From Alphaproteobacteria bacterium (GTDB lineage: Bacteria; Pseudomonadota; Alphaproteobacteria; SHVV01): a stretch of 64,000 bases of DNA. The stretch's first letter is position 1. Every line of letters begins with the position of its first letter. The position numbers were made by a program, and so were the translations under genes. Under the pieces are notes generated by a model, which made no database searches, had not been told where the DNA came from, and worked only from the letters and a program-made list of their open reading frames with translations. The DNA lies in contig OZ253470.1 in assembly GCA_965261735.1 (NCBI GenBank), forward strand, positions 4,192,001 to 4,256,000, written 5' to 3'. Of the stretch, positions 1-11,274 are shown in pieces.

Positions 1-332
1 TCGTGGAGGCGGTCGAGGTGCGTAGCGCGGATTAAGAGCCGCGGGCAGGAAGCGCACGGGCTGCCCGGTCTCCTCCCGCCCGTTCTAGTTCGCGCTCGTG
101 CACCGGCCATAGGTCGAGGCGGGTGCGTCGAGGGGGCACGGCAGACGTGCAACGGTTTCCTGCTTGAGCGTGGCGGCGATCAGGGGCGCGAACCCGTAGC
201 GCACGCGAGTTCAGCCGCGCGAGTGTGTTCCTGTTCGTGCCCGAGGATTATCGTCCATTCCTCGTCCACCTGATGGGGTTGAAGGTGGGAATGATAATTC
301 AATATCACGAAATAATAAATAATATCAATATG

Positions 333-908
333 TTATAAGGGAACGAAGGCGGACAGCGCGACCGCCGCGCCAGAGCTCGTGTTGATGACGCTGGACGCGA
401 TTCCGAGCGAGAAGGTATCGAGCGTTTGCGCGCTCACGTTGATGACGCTGCCGTCGACGGTGCTTAGTACGGTGAGGTCGGTCGCGGCCGAGGTGATCAG
501 ATTCTTGCCGTTGAACTCCGCGGTCTCGACGATCGTCGTAATCTGATCGCGCAGGGACAGGAAGTCGTTGTGCAGCGCGGTACGCGACGCGGAATCGAGA
601 CCCGACTGGTTGGCCTGAACGATTTTGGCCTTCATCTCGATGAGCAGGGAGGCAACCGACTTGCCGGCGGTGATCGCCACGTTGACAGTCGATTCGCCGG
701 TCGCCAGCGCGATCTTTACCGCCTGCATGCCGGCGATGTCACCGCGCATGTTCTGGGCGATGGCAAAGGTCGAGGGGTCGTCCTTCGGGCCGTTGACTTT
801 GAGGCCCGTGGTGACTCTAAGCTGCGTCTGGTTGAGTTGCCGGTTGGTTGCGTTGAGGTTCTGCAGCGCGACCATCGCCGCTGCGTTCGTATTTACGGAC
901 ATAACCAT
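333..908 (-). pseudogene. Flagellin, C-terminally truncated (~190 aa)
   Basis: N-terminal flagellin domain (SVNTNAAAMVALQNLN...RVTTGLKVNGPKDD, TAEFNGKNL). Similarity stops at ...AVALSA, followed by FVPL* in AT-rich sequence; the C-terminal D0/D1 helix is missing. Confidence 0.85.
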
Positions 909-936
909 GGCGTCAATTCCTCTCGCGCCCAACAAC

Positions 937-951
937 GCAATGAACGTGCCA
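937..951 (-). promoter_or_regulatory. sigma54 (-24/-12) promoter of flagellin
   Basis: TGGCACGTTCATTGC on the minus strand, a perfect TGGCAC-N5-TTGC ~30 bp upstream of the start. Confidence 0.85.
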
Positions 952-1044
952 GCGCGGAGCTACCGCCGCGTAACGCGCCAAGTGTTTGAGATTGGTTAAC
1001 TGTCCGTGTCCACCCCGTCGAAGGGCCGGGCTTTCGCCGCGCTG

Positions 1045-1059
1045 CGGCAACATTTGCCG
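1045..1059. promoter_or_regulatory. ftr-like (FlbD) enhancer palindrome
   Basis: CGGCAACATTTGCCG inverted repeat ~100 bp upstream of the sigma54 site; resembles Caulobacter ftr elements. Confidence 0.65.
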
Positions 1060-1186
1060 GGCCGTATCTTCGTGCCGCGGCTAGCGCCGGGGCCGGCGCG
1101 TGCGACCGGAATCGCCGGCTGGAGGCTTAGGCACTCACTCGCTGTGGTTGAAAACGTCGAGTTTCAGCGCGAGCTTCGGAGTGCGC

Positions 1187-2098
1187 CTAGGCTGCCATGA
1201 AGCGCGCGGCCGTTCGATGAAGGAGGGCGTGACGCCTCGCCAACCGATCGACGTCGCGGCCGTAGCCGCCGCCGGTGACGCCCGCCACCGGCACCGCGGC
1301 CGTGTGGCATGCCTGAAGGACCCGGCGCTCGCGCTCCGCGAGTCCGGAGTCGGTGAGCGCGAGGCGGCCGAGCCTGTCCTCGGCATGCGGGTCGACACCG
1401 GCGTTGAAGAACACAAGGTCGGGGCGCGCCAGAGCGATGAGGTCGTCGAGCCGGCCGCTGAGCGCCTCGAGATAGACCGAGTCGCCGGTGCCTGGGGGCA
1501 GGGCGATGTCGAGGTCGCTGCGCTGCTTGTGCGGTGGGTAGTTGGTCGCGCAATGCATCGAGAAGGTGAATACGGAGTCGTCGCCGGCAAAGATCTCGGC
1601 GGTGCCGTCACCGTGGTGCACGTCGAGATCGACGACCAGCGCGCGGCCGATTCGTCCCTCAGCCTGAAGCACGCGGATGGCGACCGCGACATCGTTGAAG
1701 ACGCAGAAGCCGGCGCCGTGGTCCGAGAATGCGTGGTGGCCACCGCCGGCCGTGCTGCAGGCGATGCCGTGATCGAGGGCGAGGCGTGCGGCCAGCACGG
1801 TTCCGCCCACCGAGGTCTCCGCGCGGAGGGTCATCGCGGGCGACAGGGGAATGCCAATGCGCCGGGACGTCGCGGGCGGCAGCGCCTGGCCGAGCACACC
1901 CTCGACGTAGCTGCGATCGTGAACGCGCTCGAGCCAGGCCTGCGGCGCCGGCTCGGGCTCGATCACCCGGTCGCGGGACGTCAGGCCGTCCTCGATCAGC
2001 ACCTCGATCAGGCGGGCAAACTTGGCAGTGGGGAAGCGACGCGCCGTGTGTAGCGACGCAACGTGGACCGGATTGTGAACGATGGGGAGGTATGGCAC
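1187..2098 (-). CDS. Histone deacetylase family (AcuC/AphA-like) Zn-dependent deacylase
   Basis: GGGHHA, GFCVFNDVA, DLDVHHGDGT, FSMH, NAGVDPH..DRLGRL, GGGY motifs; GTG start inferred at 2098. Confidence 0.9.
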   Translation of the reverse strand: MPYLPIVHNPVHVASLHTARRFPTAKFARLIEVLIEDGLTSRDRVIEPEPAPQAWLERVHDRSYVEGVLGQALPPATSRRIGIPLSPAMTLRAETSVGGTVLAARLALDHGIACSTAGGGHHAFSDHGAGFCVFNDVAVAIRVLQAEGRIGRALVVDLDVHHGDGTAEIFAGDDSVFTFSMHCATNYPPHKQRSDLDIALPPGTGDSVYLEALSGRLDDLIALARPDLVFFNAGVDPHAEDRLGRLALTDSGLAERERRVLQACHTAAVPVAGVTGGGYGRDVDRLARRHALLHRTAARFMAA

Positions 2099-2111
2099 CG
2101 GCCCAGGATCG

Positions 2112-2366
2112 TCAGAACGACGAATTCGGCTCTTTGAGGAAGGCCATCTCCTCAGGCGTACTCTCTCGACCCAGCACGGTATTACGATGGGGAAACCGGC
2201 CGAACCTTTCGATGATCTCGAGGTGTCGGTGCGCCGACTGCACCGACCGCTCGGCGTTCTCGAAATCGCCCAGGCCCTCCATGAGCGCCACGGACCGGCG
2301 CTGCGCGTCAAGGCTTTCGCTGTGCTCGAAGGGGAGGTACAGAAACAGGCGCTCGAGCGCGTCTAG
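2112..2366 (-). pseudogene. DUF924 family protein, 3' part (split by IS1182)
   Basis: FLYLPFEHSE and RFGRFPHRN..LGREST motifs; joins in frame with 4014-4365 when the IS is removed. Confidence 0.85.
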
Positions 2367-4013
2367 GAGCGTGCGCCGTAGAAGTTTTGATGTTGGGCGA
2401 TTGGCGCGCGGCCGCCGGAGAGGTGGGATTTTGGCCCGAGTGTGGATATCTGGCCCGCCCGACTCTGGGATGGAAATCCCAGACCGGAAGGCCGGAAGGG
2501 AAGAGATTCGCGTTTCATACGCGGTCGATGGGCACTGCGCGCCCCGGATCAAGTGCGTTGGCAGGCCAGCACCTGCCTCAGCACGTGGCCACCGTCCCCA
2601 TCCGCTTGATGTTCAACGCCAAGCACACGAGGTCCCACTCGCCGCGCACCTTCGCCAAGCCTCGCAGGCTGAATCGTCGGAATCCGAGCACCTCCTTGAT
2701 CCACCCGTTCGGCGCCTCCGAGAGCCACTTGCGTTGCGCGTACCGGGCTTTGCCCGCGGGGCTCGCCAGTTTCTCACCCATGCGGTGCGTGGCAGGGAGC
2801 CGGGCCGGGTCGACCGCCACCTGGGACTTGCCTTCACGCCCCAGCGCTACGTGCGCGTCGATGCCGCGATCTTCCAGCTCCAACAGATCCGGCTCGTTGC
2901 AGTAGCCCGCATCGGCCAGTACCACCGCAGGCTCGACCCCAAACGTCTCGTTGATCTCGTCGAGCATCCCCACCAGCTGACCCTGGTCGCTGGCCTGTGG
3001 CCCCACCTGAGTCGCGACGATGATCTGGTGCTCCCCATCGACCGCCATCTGCGCGTTGTAGCACTGCTGGAACCCCTCGCTGCTGGTCTTCATGATCTGG
3101 CTCTCGGGATCGGTGAAATTGCTCTGCGCCTTCGGCTCGGGCTCGCCGTAGGCCCGCTTGTAAGGCCGCCCGCCCCGGGGATTGCGGTCCTGCCCCGGCT
3201 CGCGCCCGCGCTCATCGTCGCGCCCGCGTTGCGCCGCCTCCAAACGCGCTTTGGCTGCCTGGATCGCCGCCAGGCGCTTCTCCCTGCGTTGCAACTCCTC
3301 GGGCAACTCGTCGCCCCGGAAATCCTCGCCCCAACGCTCGTCTTCTTCGGCGTCCACCATCCCCGCCGTCGTCAGCAGCGCCTCGATCTCCGCCTGCAAG
3401 CGAGCCGCCTCTTTGCCCATCCGCTCATAGCTCATCGCCTTGCGCTTGCTCGCGTTCGCTCGCACCTTCGTCCCGTCGACCGAGAGCTTGCCGAACCGCG
3501 CCAGTCCCATCTCGCGCGCCACCTGCACCACCCCCACAAACAGCTCGCTGAACTCCGCCAGATGTCGGCGTCGGAACTCACATACCGTGCGATGTTGCGG
3601 GAAGTTGCCCGCCGCGAGCATCCTAAACGCTACATCCTCCTCCAGCTTCCTCGCCACCGCGCGCGAGGAGAATGTGCCCGTCGCGTAGGCATAGATCAGC
3701 ACCTTGACCATCATCGACGGCTCGTAGGGGGCGTTGCGTCGACCGTCCCCCTCGTAGGGCGCATAGAACGCCGTCAAGTCCAGTGCATCGACCACATCGC
3801 TGACGTGATGAGCCAGGTGCCCTGGGGAAACCCACTCCTGCAAGTCCGGCGGCAAAAGCAAGGGTTGGTCCGGCTGGTAGGCACGAAACGTGGTCGGCAT
3901 CGGGAGTTCCCACACGCAACTGGCGTATCGGATCATACTTCCCCCTGCGCAAATCCACCCACAACCCGTCCGCTATCAACTTTGCCGCGCGGACCTTTCT
4001 GCGGCGCACGCTC
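2367..4013 (-). mobile_element. IS1182-family insertion sequence (1647 bp)
   Basis: Terminal IRs GAGCGTGCGCCG(T/C)AGAA; CTAG duplicated at 2363-2366 and 4014-4017. Confidence 0.9.
2578..3900 (-). CDS. IS1182-family DDE transposase
   Basis: SVDGTKVRANAS, NFTDPES, YNAQ, LADAGY, RRFSLRGL motifs. Confidence 0.9.
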   Translation of the reverse strand: MPTTFRAYQPDQPLLLPPDLQEWVSPGHLAHHVSDVVDALDLTAFYAPYEGDGRRNAPYEPSMMVKVLIYAYATGTFSSRAVARKLEEDVAFRMLAAGNFPQHRTVCEFRRRHLAEFSELFVGVVQVAREMGLARFGKLSVDGTKVRANASKRKAMSYERMGKEAARLQAEIEALLTTAGMVDAEEDERWGEDFRGDELPEELQRREKRLAAIQAAKARLEAAQRGRDDERGREPGQDRNPRGGRPYKRAYGEPEPKAQSNFTDPESQIMKTSSEGFQQCYNAQMAVDGEHQIIVATQVGPQASDQGQLVGMLDEINETFGVEPAVVLADAGYCNEPDLLELEDRGIDAHVALGREGKSQVAVDPARLPATHRMGEKLASPAGKARYAQRKWLSEAPNGWIKEVLGFRRFSLRGLAKVRGEWDLVCLALNIKRMGTVATC

Positions 4014-4365
4014 CTAGGTCGCGGTCGAGGCCACGCGAGAGCGCCCCGTCCGCCACCGCCGCCGCCTGCGGATCGGTCGCGAACGCGCGCGCATCACCTC
4101 GGAACATGTTGCGCGGGAACTGATCGAGCAGAAGCACCAGCGCCAGCGAGCCGCGCGCCGTCTCGCGAACGGCGTCGAGAGCCCCAGTGGCGGCCGCCTC
4201 GTGGTCGGCGAGGAAGCGCTCCCGTATCTCGGAGTCGAGATCGGGCGGGCCACGAAACCAGAACTCGCGAAAGCGACCATAATCGGCGTCGCCGAAGCGG
4301 CCAAACCAGAATAAGAGAACGTCGTCCGCGAGCCTCGCGGGTGAACCCTTCTCGGCCTCAGACAT
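4014..4365 (-). pseudogene. DUF924 family protein, 5' part
   Basis: DVLLFWFG...WF...LLDQFPRNMFRG motif; interrupted by the IS. Confidence 0.85.
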
Positions 4366-4369
4366 CGAC

Positions 4370-4579
4370 CTACTTTACGTCGACGATGACGAAACCCCGG
4401 TTCGCCGGTAGGCGTACATTGACCTTGCTGCGCGCCTGCTCGGGCGTTTTGGCCTCGATCTCTTCGTAGTGGATGTCGGACCAGCTGTCGTCGAAATGCT
4501 TGTGGTGTTCCCCGCGCTCGACACGCTCACGCACGACCGAGTTGTAGACCCCGACCTCGTATTTGCGGATTCGTGCCAT
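4370..4579 (-). CDS. Small conserved hypothetical protein
   Basis: 69 aa ORF (MARIRKYEVGVYN...SWSDIHYEEIEA) with normal composition, co-oriented with DUF924. Confidence 0.65.
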   Translation of the reverse strand: MARIRKYEVGVYNSVVRERVERGEHHKHFDDSWSDIHYEEIEAKTPEQARSKVNVRLPANRGFVIVDVK

Positions 4580-4891
4580 CGAATTCTCTTTACTGGCCCT
4601 CGCGACTGGCCCGATGCGGCGTCCCCCGACCACGACCCGCGCCGCTAACCGACGCTCGGCTCGGGGGAGCGAGGTTCGCTCCCGCCGTCATGCGGCTGCG
4701 GCTGCACGCCATCATGCGATGGCGCGAGCCGCCTGCATAGTGCACATGAACCCGCCTCGCGCTTCATGCGGCGCTCCATTCCGGCGCCGCCGCCTTTAAC
4801 AGCCAACCACCCGCCAATATACTCAGCGCAATAAGCTCCGTCGATAGGCCACGCCGCGACGGGGCTCCTTGCCGCGGCAACGAGGTGTGAG

Positions 4892-5422
4892 GTGGCCAGT
4901 CGCATCGATAGGGCCTCGGCGTTCATCGCCGGTATCGCCGTCATAAGCGGCGGCGCCTGCTACGCACTCGCCGGTACGGCCGGTGTAGCCCGCGCGTTCG
5001 CGAACGCGTTCGAACTCTTCACGCGAATCTTTCCGCTGCTCCTGATCGGCGTCGTCATGGCGGGGCTGATTCAGGTGCTGGTCTCGCACGATTTCATCAC
5101 CCGCAGGCTCGGCCGCAATTCGGGATTTGGCGGCATCCTGCTGGCGTCCGTGGCCGGGGTGGTAACGCCGGGCGGCGTGTGGTCGGCGATGCCCATGCTC
5201 GCCGCGCTCGGCGCCAGCGGCGCGGACGCCGGCGCGATGGTCGCCTATGCGACCGCCTGGTCTCTCATCGGCGTCCACCGGGTGGTGGTGTGGGAGATTC
5301 CCCTGATGGGCGCGGACTTCAGCTTGCTACGGGTGTCCGCCTCGCTGCTGTTGCCGATTGTTGCCGGGCTCATTGCCCGCCAGCTTATGCGGATCGCTCC
5401 CGCCTTGCGTCGCGGCGGCTGA
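4892..5422 (+). CDS. Predicted permease (DUF318-like half)
   Basis: Hydrophobic; VTPGG...AYATAWSL..HR...WEIPLMG. Confidence 0.65.
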   Translation: MASRIDRASAFIAGIAVISGGACYALAGTAGVARAFANAFELFTRIFPLLLIGVVMAGLIQVLVSHDFITRRLGRNSGFGGILLASVAGVVTPGGVWSAMPMLAALGASGADAGAMVAYATAWSLIGVHRVVVWEIPLMGADFSLLRVSASLLLPIVAGLIARQLMRIAPALRRGG

Positions 5423-5425
5423 GCC

Positions 5426-5926
5426 GTGCCCCCGACCCTCGGCCTCCTCTTGCTCGCGCTCGTGGTATTGGTTGCGACCGCGGCCCTGAAGCCGGGGCGG
5501 CTGGTCGAAAAGGGGCTGGCCCTCGCTTGGCGGCAGGGGCGGATGCTGCTCGTGCGCATGCCCCTCAGCTTTGTCGCCGCGGGGTTCCTTATCGAGATCA
5601 TGCCACGCGAGACCGTGGGCGCATGGCTGGGGGCCGAAAGCGGGTTGACGGGCATTCTCGTCGCGGTCGGATTGGGCATCCTGATTCCGTCGGGACCCAT
5701 GGTGATGTTTCCCGTCGCGCTGGTCTTCCTGCAAGTCGGAGCCGGTACGCCACAAATCGTGGCTTTCATCACCGGTTGGGCGCTGCTCGCCGTCCACCGC
5801 GTCCTGCTCTGGGAGGTGCCCATGGTTGGCGCCAATTTCGCCATGGTTCGTGTTGCCTCGAGTATCGCGCTACCGCCTCTCGCGGCGATCGCCGCCGGCA
5901 TCATAGCCGCGGCCTTTCGCCCGTAA
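5426..5926 (+). CDS. Predicted permease (DUF318-like half), paralog of the upstream gene
   Basis: LIPSGP...AFITGWALLAVHR..WEVPMVG, similar to the neighbour. Confidence 0.65.
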   Translation: MPPTLGLLLLALVVLVATAALKPGRLVEKGLALAWRQGRMLLVRMPLSFVAAGFLIEIMPRETVGAWLGAESGLTGILVAVGLGILIPSGPMVMFPVALVFLQVGAGTPQIVAFITGWALLAVHRVLLWEVPMVGANFAMVRVASSIALPPLAAIAAGIIAAAFRP

Positions 5927-5937
5927 TGCACGAGGCG

Positions 5938-6690
5938 CTAGGCGAAGAGGCGGAGAATGGGCCCACCGGCCGCCGCCGATCCGCCGGCAGCTCCAACGTC
6001 GGGGTTTGCCGCCGCCGCCGACGGCTGTGCGGCGCGCTGGTAGGCGGCGATGGCCCGGCGCGCCCGTGGTGGTGGTGTCGACGATGGCGAGGCGGTCTCG
6101 GGGTCCCCGCGGCCAGGCTCGCCAATCCCGAGAGATTCGGCCCGCTCCGCTGCCCGTTCCTGCGCGAGTTCGGTCTGGGCGCGGGTCCGCTCGGCGGCGG
6201 CCTGGCCCGCCACCGCCCGATCCTGCCCGGATGGATCGGCCGGGGCCAGGGCGGCGCGCTTTACCATCTCCATTTTGCGTATGGTGGCGGCGGGATTGCC
6301 GCTCACCGGGCTCGCATCGACGGGAGTGGTGCCGGCGACGGCGTAGAGATGGCGGTCGGGCCCGCGCTCGGTCGAATAGGAGGGGACGCCAGCGTAGGGG
6401 CCGCCCGCGTTCGCGTGCGCCTGCTCGTGGCGGCGCACCTCGCGGTCGCGGGCCTTCATCTGGGCGACGATCCTCTTTTCCTCTTCACTGAGCTCGCCGA
6501 GCCCAGGGCCCGCCCGGGAGGAGTCGCCGAGCGCCACGATGGCCGCTGGGCCGCGTCCGTCTCTTTCTGGCGGGGTCGACAGCGTGGACGCCGCCGATCG
6601 ACTCTCGCGGCCGAAGTCCGCGCGCGATTCGGATGTAGCGCCGAGCGTCGGCGGAAGAACCGGCGCGCTGCCGAGGGGGGAGGGGATCAT
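5938..6690 (-). CDS. SprA-related family protein
   Basis: RDREVRRHEQAH..AGG, GPD..LYAVAG, TIRKM..VKRAALAPADPSGQDRAVA. Confidence 0.8.
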   Translation of the reverse strand: MIPSPLGSAPVLPPTLGATSESRADFGRESRSAASTLSTPPERDGRGPAAIVALGDSSRAGPGLGELSEEEKRIVAQMKARDREVRRHEQAHANAGGPYAGVPSYSTERGPDRHLYAVAGTTPVDASPVSGNPAATIRKMEMVKRAALAPADPSGQDRAVAGQAAAERTRAQTELAQERAAERAESLGIGEPGRGDPETASPSSTPPPRARRAIAAYQRAAQPSAAAANPDVGAAGGSAAAGGPILRLFA

Positions 6691-6849
6691 GGCACGATGA
6701 GGATGTGTTCGAGGGCGAGCGCCGCCGTTGTGTTCATGTCCACGCCGTTGCAGTCTGGCGAAATGGGGTAAAAAATTCGTGTGTGGCCGCGACAGCAGCG
6801 GCAACGCGCGCGATTGGCTGCCGCCAAGGCGTCAGGGAATGAGGGCGCA

Positions 6850-7767
6850 ATGGGTGACAAGATCGTCGTTAACGAAGTGGGCCTTAGGGACGGGCTCCAG
6901 ATACACCCCACGTTCGTTCCCACCGCCGACAAGCTCGCGCTACTCGACGCGCTGATGGCCGCGGGGCTGCGCTCGTTCGAAGTCAGCAGCTTCGTGTCGC
7001 CCAAGGCGGTCCCGCAAATGGCCGACGCGGCGGCACTGTTCGCCGGTCTGCCGCGGCGCGCCGACGTTACCTACGCGGCTCTGGTGCCGAACGAGCGCGG
7101 TTATGAGCGGGCCGCAGAGGCGGGCGTCACCTCTGTCGCCCTGGTTCTCGCGACGACCGACACTTTCAACCGCCGCAACATCAACATGACGCTTAATCGC
7201 GCCACCGAGGTTTGCAGGCGCGTCATCGGCCGGGCTCGGACGGACGGCCTGCATGTACGGGCCTATCTCTCGGCGGCATTCGCTTGCCCCTACGAGGGCC
7301 CGACCCCGCCCGCGGTCGTCTATCGACTCGCCGCGGAGCTGTTCGATGCGGGGGCGCACGAGCTTGCGATCGGCGATACCATCGGCGCCGGAAATCCGAG
7401 CCAGGCCTCGGAGGTGTTCGGCTTTCTCGCCGGCGAGTATGGGCCCGAGCGCCTCGCTGCCCACTTCCATGACACCCGCGCGATGGGACTCGTGCTGGCT
7501 TGGGCCGCACTCGAGGCGGGCGTCCGCAAGTTCGATAGTTCGGTAGGCGGGCTCGGCGGCTGTCCCTTCGCACCAGGTGCATCGGGGAATCTTGCGACCG
7601 AGGACCTCGTCCTGATGTTGAACGAGTCGGGTTACGAGACGGGGATCGACGTGGCCGGCCTGCGCCGGGCGGTCGGTATCGCCGAAGAAATCACCGGCGC
7701 CACCCTCGGCGGGCGGGTCAGCACCTGGCTGCTGGCGCAGGAACGGCGTCGTGCCGCCGGCGCGTAG
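6850..7767 (+). CDS. Hydroxymethylglutaryl-CoA lyase family protein
   Basis: EVGLRDGLQ, SFVSPKAVPQMAD, HFHDT, GGLGGCPFAPGASGNLATED. Confidence 0.9.
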   Translation: MGDKIVVNEVGLRDGLQIHPTFVPTADKLALLDALMAAGLRSFEVSSFVSPKAVPQMADAAALFAGLPRRADVTYAALVPNERGYERAAEAGVTSVALVLATTDTFNRRNINMTLNRATEVCRRVIGRARTDGLHVRAYLSAAFACPYEGPTPPAVVYRLAAELFDAGAHELAIGDTIGAGNPSQASEVFGFLAGEYGPERLAAHFHDTRAMGLVLAWAALEAGVRKFDSSVGGLGGCPFAPGASGNLATEDLVLMLNESGYETGIDVAGLRRAVGIAEEITGATLGGRVSTWLLAQERRRAAGA

Positions 7768-7853
7768 CAGCCCGCGCCGCGGTTAGAGTTGGGGCACCCG
7801 CCCGCGATCTGAGTCTTGCAGAAATGAAGAGCGCGTGATTTTCTTCCGCGCGC

Positions 7854-8735
7854 ATGCCCAGGCCCACGACTTCCCTCTCGCCCGCATCCACCGATGCAAC
7901 CGGCGCCACTTCCCGCAGGCCGCGCTTGAGAGCTTGGCTCGTCGCGACGACGGCGTGCCTCCTGGTCGGCGTCGCCGTACAACCCGCGCCGGCGCAGGTC
8001 GGCGCCCCCGAGACTTACGGCGACGCGATGCGCTGGTACCGAGCGGCCGCCGAGGCGGGCCAGCCGAGGGCGCAATTCTATTTGGGCCTCAAATACCAGA
8101 CCGGCCTCGGGGTCGACCGTGACCCCGCGACAGCTGTTCGCTGGTATCGGCAAGCCGCCCGTCAGGGACACCTGCAGGCGCAATTCAACCTCGCGAAGAT
8201 GCTCGTCGGTGGGGAGGGGCTCGCGCGCGACTACGGAGAGGCGAGGACGTGGTTCGAAAAGGCGGCCGAAAAGGGCTCGGCGGAGGCCGCCCATCGGCTC
8301 GCGACCCTCTATGAGGCAGGGCTCGGCGGCGAGCGCGATACCGGCAGGGCTGTGGCCTGGTACGAGCGCGCGGCCGGCGCGGGCCTTGCCGTCGCGCAAA
8401 ACAATCTCGCGATACTGCTGGCTAACGGGGACGGCGCCGAGCCGGACGCGGTGCGGGCTCTGGTGCTATTCCACAAGGCCGCGATGCAGGGCCTGGGCGA
8501 TGCCCAATTCAACCTCGGCATCATGTACGCGGGTCACGAGGGGGTCGCCCCCGATCTTGTCCAGGCGCACGTGTGGTTGAGCCTCGCCGCGGAACGGGCC
8601 AGCGACGATACGAAACCGCTCGCCAAGCAGGCGATCGATGACATCGAGCCGCTGTTGACGCCCGAGCAGCTCGACCAGGCGCGCCGCCGCGCGAGCCCCA
8701 ATCCGTGGTTGAAGGTGCCGAGCTCTGGGGACTGA
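7854..8735 (+). CDS. Secreted Sel1-like repeat protein
   Basis: Signal-peptide-like segment, then ~5 repeats of AQFxLG..Y..G.G...D...A..WY..AA.QG. Confidence 0.85.
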   Translation: MPRPTTSLSPASTDATGATSRRPRLRAWLVATTACLLVGVAVQPAPAQVGAPETYGDAMRWYRAAAEAGQPRAQFYLGLKYQTGLGVDRDPATAVRWYRQAARQGHLQAQFNLAKMLVGGEGLARDYGEARTWFEKAAEKGSAEAAHRLATLYEAGLGGERDTGRAVAWYERAAGAGLAVAQNNLAILLANGDGAEPDAVRALVLFHKAAMQGLGDAQFNLGIMYAGHEGVAPDLVQAHVWLSLAAERASDDTKPLAKQAIDDIEPLLTPEQLDQARRRASPNPWLKVPSSGD

Positions 8736-8782
8736 AGCACTTCGACGGCAGGCGTCGTCCGCCGCGTGTTCGCCCGGCGCTC

Positions 8783-9618
8783 CTACTCCAGCCGCTCGCG
8801 TTCCAGAATCCGCCACCTCGAGAGCCTGGTCTCGGCGAACTGCACGAGCTGCGTCATCAACACGCCGACGAGGCCGATCACGAGAATCGGCACGAACAGC
8901 TTGGCGGTAGCGAAGACGTTCGCGTACTTGATAATCAGGCCGCCGAGCCCGGTGATGGCGGTGAAGAACTCGGCCACGACCATGCCAATAATGGCAAGGC
9001 CGACCGACAGCCGGACTCCGGCCATGATGAAAGGCACCGACGCCGGTAGCGTGATCTTGAAGAAGATCTCTCGTTCGGAGGCGCCGAAGGCCTTGCCGAT
9101 CTCTAGGAAGGATCCGCGGACGTCTTTAATGCCGGCGTAGGTATTGATCATAACCGGGAAGATGGCGATCGAGACGAGGATCGTTACTTTTCCCGTCGTC
9201 TCCAGCCCCGCCCACAGGATCACAAGCGGAACGAGAGCGATACGCGGGATGGCATACAGCGCATTGATGAACGGATCGAGCGTGTACTCGAAAAACCACC
9301 ATTGACCGATCATCACGCCGATGATGATGCCGCCGACGATAGAGATGAACATGCCGAGGAAGAACGGAAACATGCTGGCGGCGAAGCCCTCGACGAGGTC
9401 GCCGTTGAGCAGAATCTCCCAAAACGCCGCGAAAATGGCGCTGGGGGGGGCCATGAACAGCGGGTTCGCCTGCCGGCCCGCGTACTCCCAGAAGATGAAG
9501 AAGATGGCGACCGAGACCGTTCGGATCAGATTCGGCCTATCGCGCAAGTAAGCGATGATAGCTGAGGCCGTGCTCCGCCCTTGTTTGGCGGGGGTGACGA
9601 GCTTGGTCGTCTCGAGGC

Positions 9619-9622
<4 letters not shown>
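8783..9622 (-). CDS. NitT/TauT-family ABC transporter permease
   Basis: PRIALVPL, EAA-like loop, LPASVPFIMAGVRL, VAEFF. Confidence 0.9.
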
Positions 9623-10452
<830 letters not shown>

Positions 10453-10528
10453 CGCTTCCCGCCGTTCAGGGCTGTACTGGCAATAGGATCGGGCAAACGC
10501 CCGAGTCCCCCCTTTTGACCCGGCTGCG

Positions 10529-11227
10529 TTACTGCAGCGTCTTCATGTAGCTCCATATATCATCGTACATGAGGAACATCATATCAACCGTCTTGCCGAC
10601 GGTCTTCAACACGAGTTCGAGTTCCGCCTGGCCGCGAGCGAAATCGTGGAGGAGTTCGCGCCCGGCGTCGGAGTGGTCCTCGTCGGCCTTGTCGTGGACG
10701 TACCAGTAGGCCAGCCCCTCGTCGTCGAGGCCGAATTTCTCGCGCAGCTTGTCGGCAATACGCCCGTAGAGGCCTGGTATCTGGGCCTCGCCCGCGAGCA
10801 TGTGGGCGGATACGCCCTCGAGAAAGCTGCGCCCGCAGATGTCGCTGAAATAGGCCTTGAACGCGAGCGCGCCGGCGCAGTAATCCGTCCCGTACATGTC
10901 CTCGCGATCAAGGCCGAGGGCCTTGCCGTAGGCGAGGTAGAGCTTGTGGTGCGAAACCCCGTTGGCGAAGAGGCGCCCGGTCGCCTCCTCATAGGAAACT
11001 TCGGCAATGCGCTCGCGCCATTCCGGGTCCGGGCACACGACGTAGAGCCGGCCGTGATAGTTGTGATTGTGCAAGGTGATGATGCTGTGCTGGCGGCAGA
11101 AATACCGCACCTGCTCAAGATTGTGGGTGCCCGTGACCATGCCGCTCCACAGTGGATGGTCGTAGTTGGACCTTTGCTTGTGCAATTGCGCGATCAGTTC
11201 GAGCACGCGGTCTGCAGAAAGGCTCAT
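10529..11227 (-). CDS. Heme-oxygenase-like diiron (PqqC/CADD/TenA-fold) protein, paralog 5
   Basis: EE..x..SH, LAGE, HDKADEDH (HxxxDxxH) ligand set. Confidence 0.8.
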   Translation of the reverse strand: MSLSADRVLELIAQLHKQRSNYDHPLWSGMVTGTHNLEQVRYFCRQHSIITLHNHNYHGRLYVVCPDPEWRERIAEVSYEEATGRLFANGVSHHKLYLAYGKALGLDREDMYGTDYCAGALAFKAYFSDICGRSFLEGVSAHMLAGEAQIPGLYGRIADKLREKFGLDDEGLAYWYVHDKADEDHSDAGRELLHDFARGQAELELVLKTVGKTVDMMFLMYDDIWSYMKTLQ

Positions 11228-11274
11228 GTCGGGACTCCACCGCCTGGGGCGCGCTTGCGCGATCGAGGCCGGCG

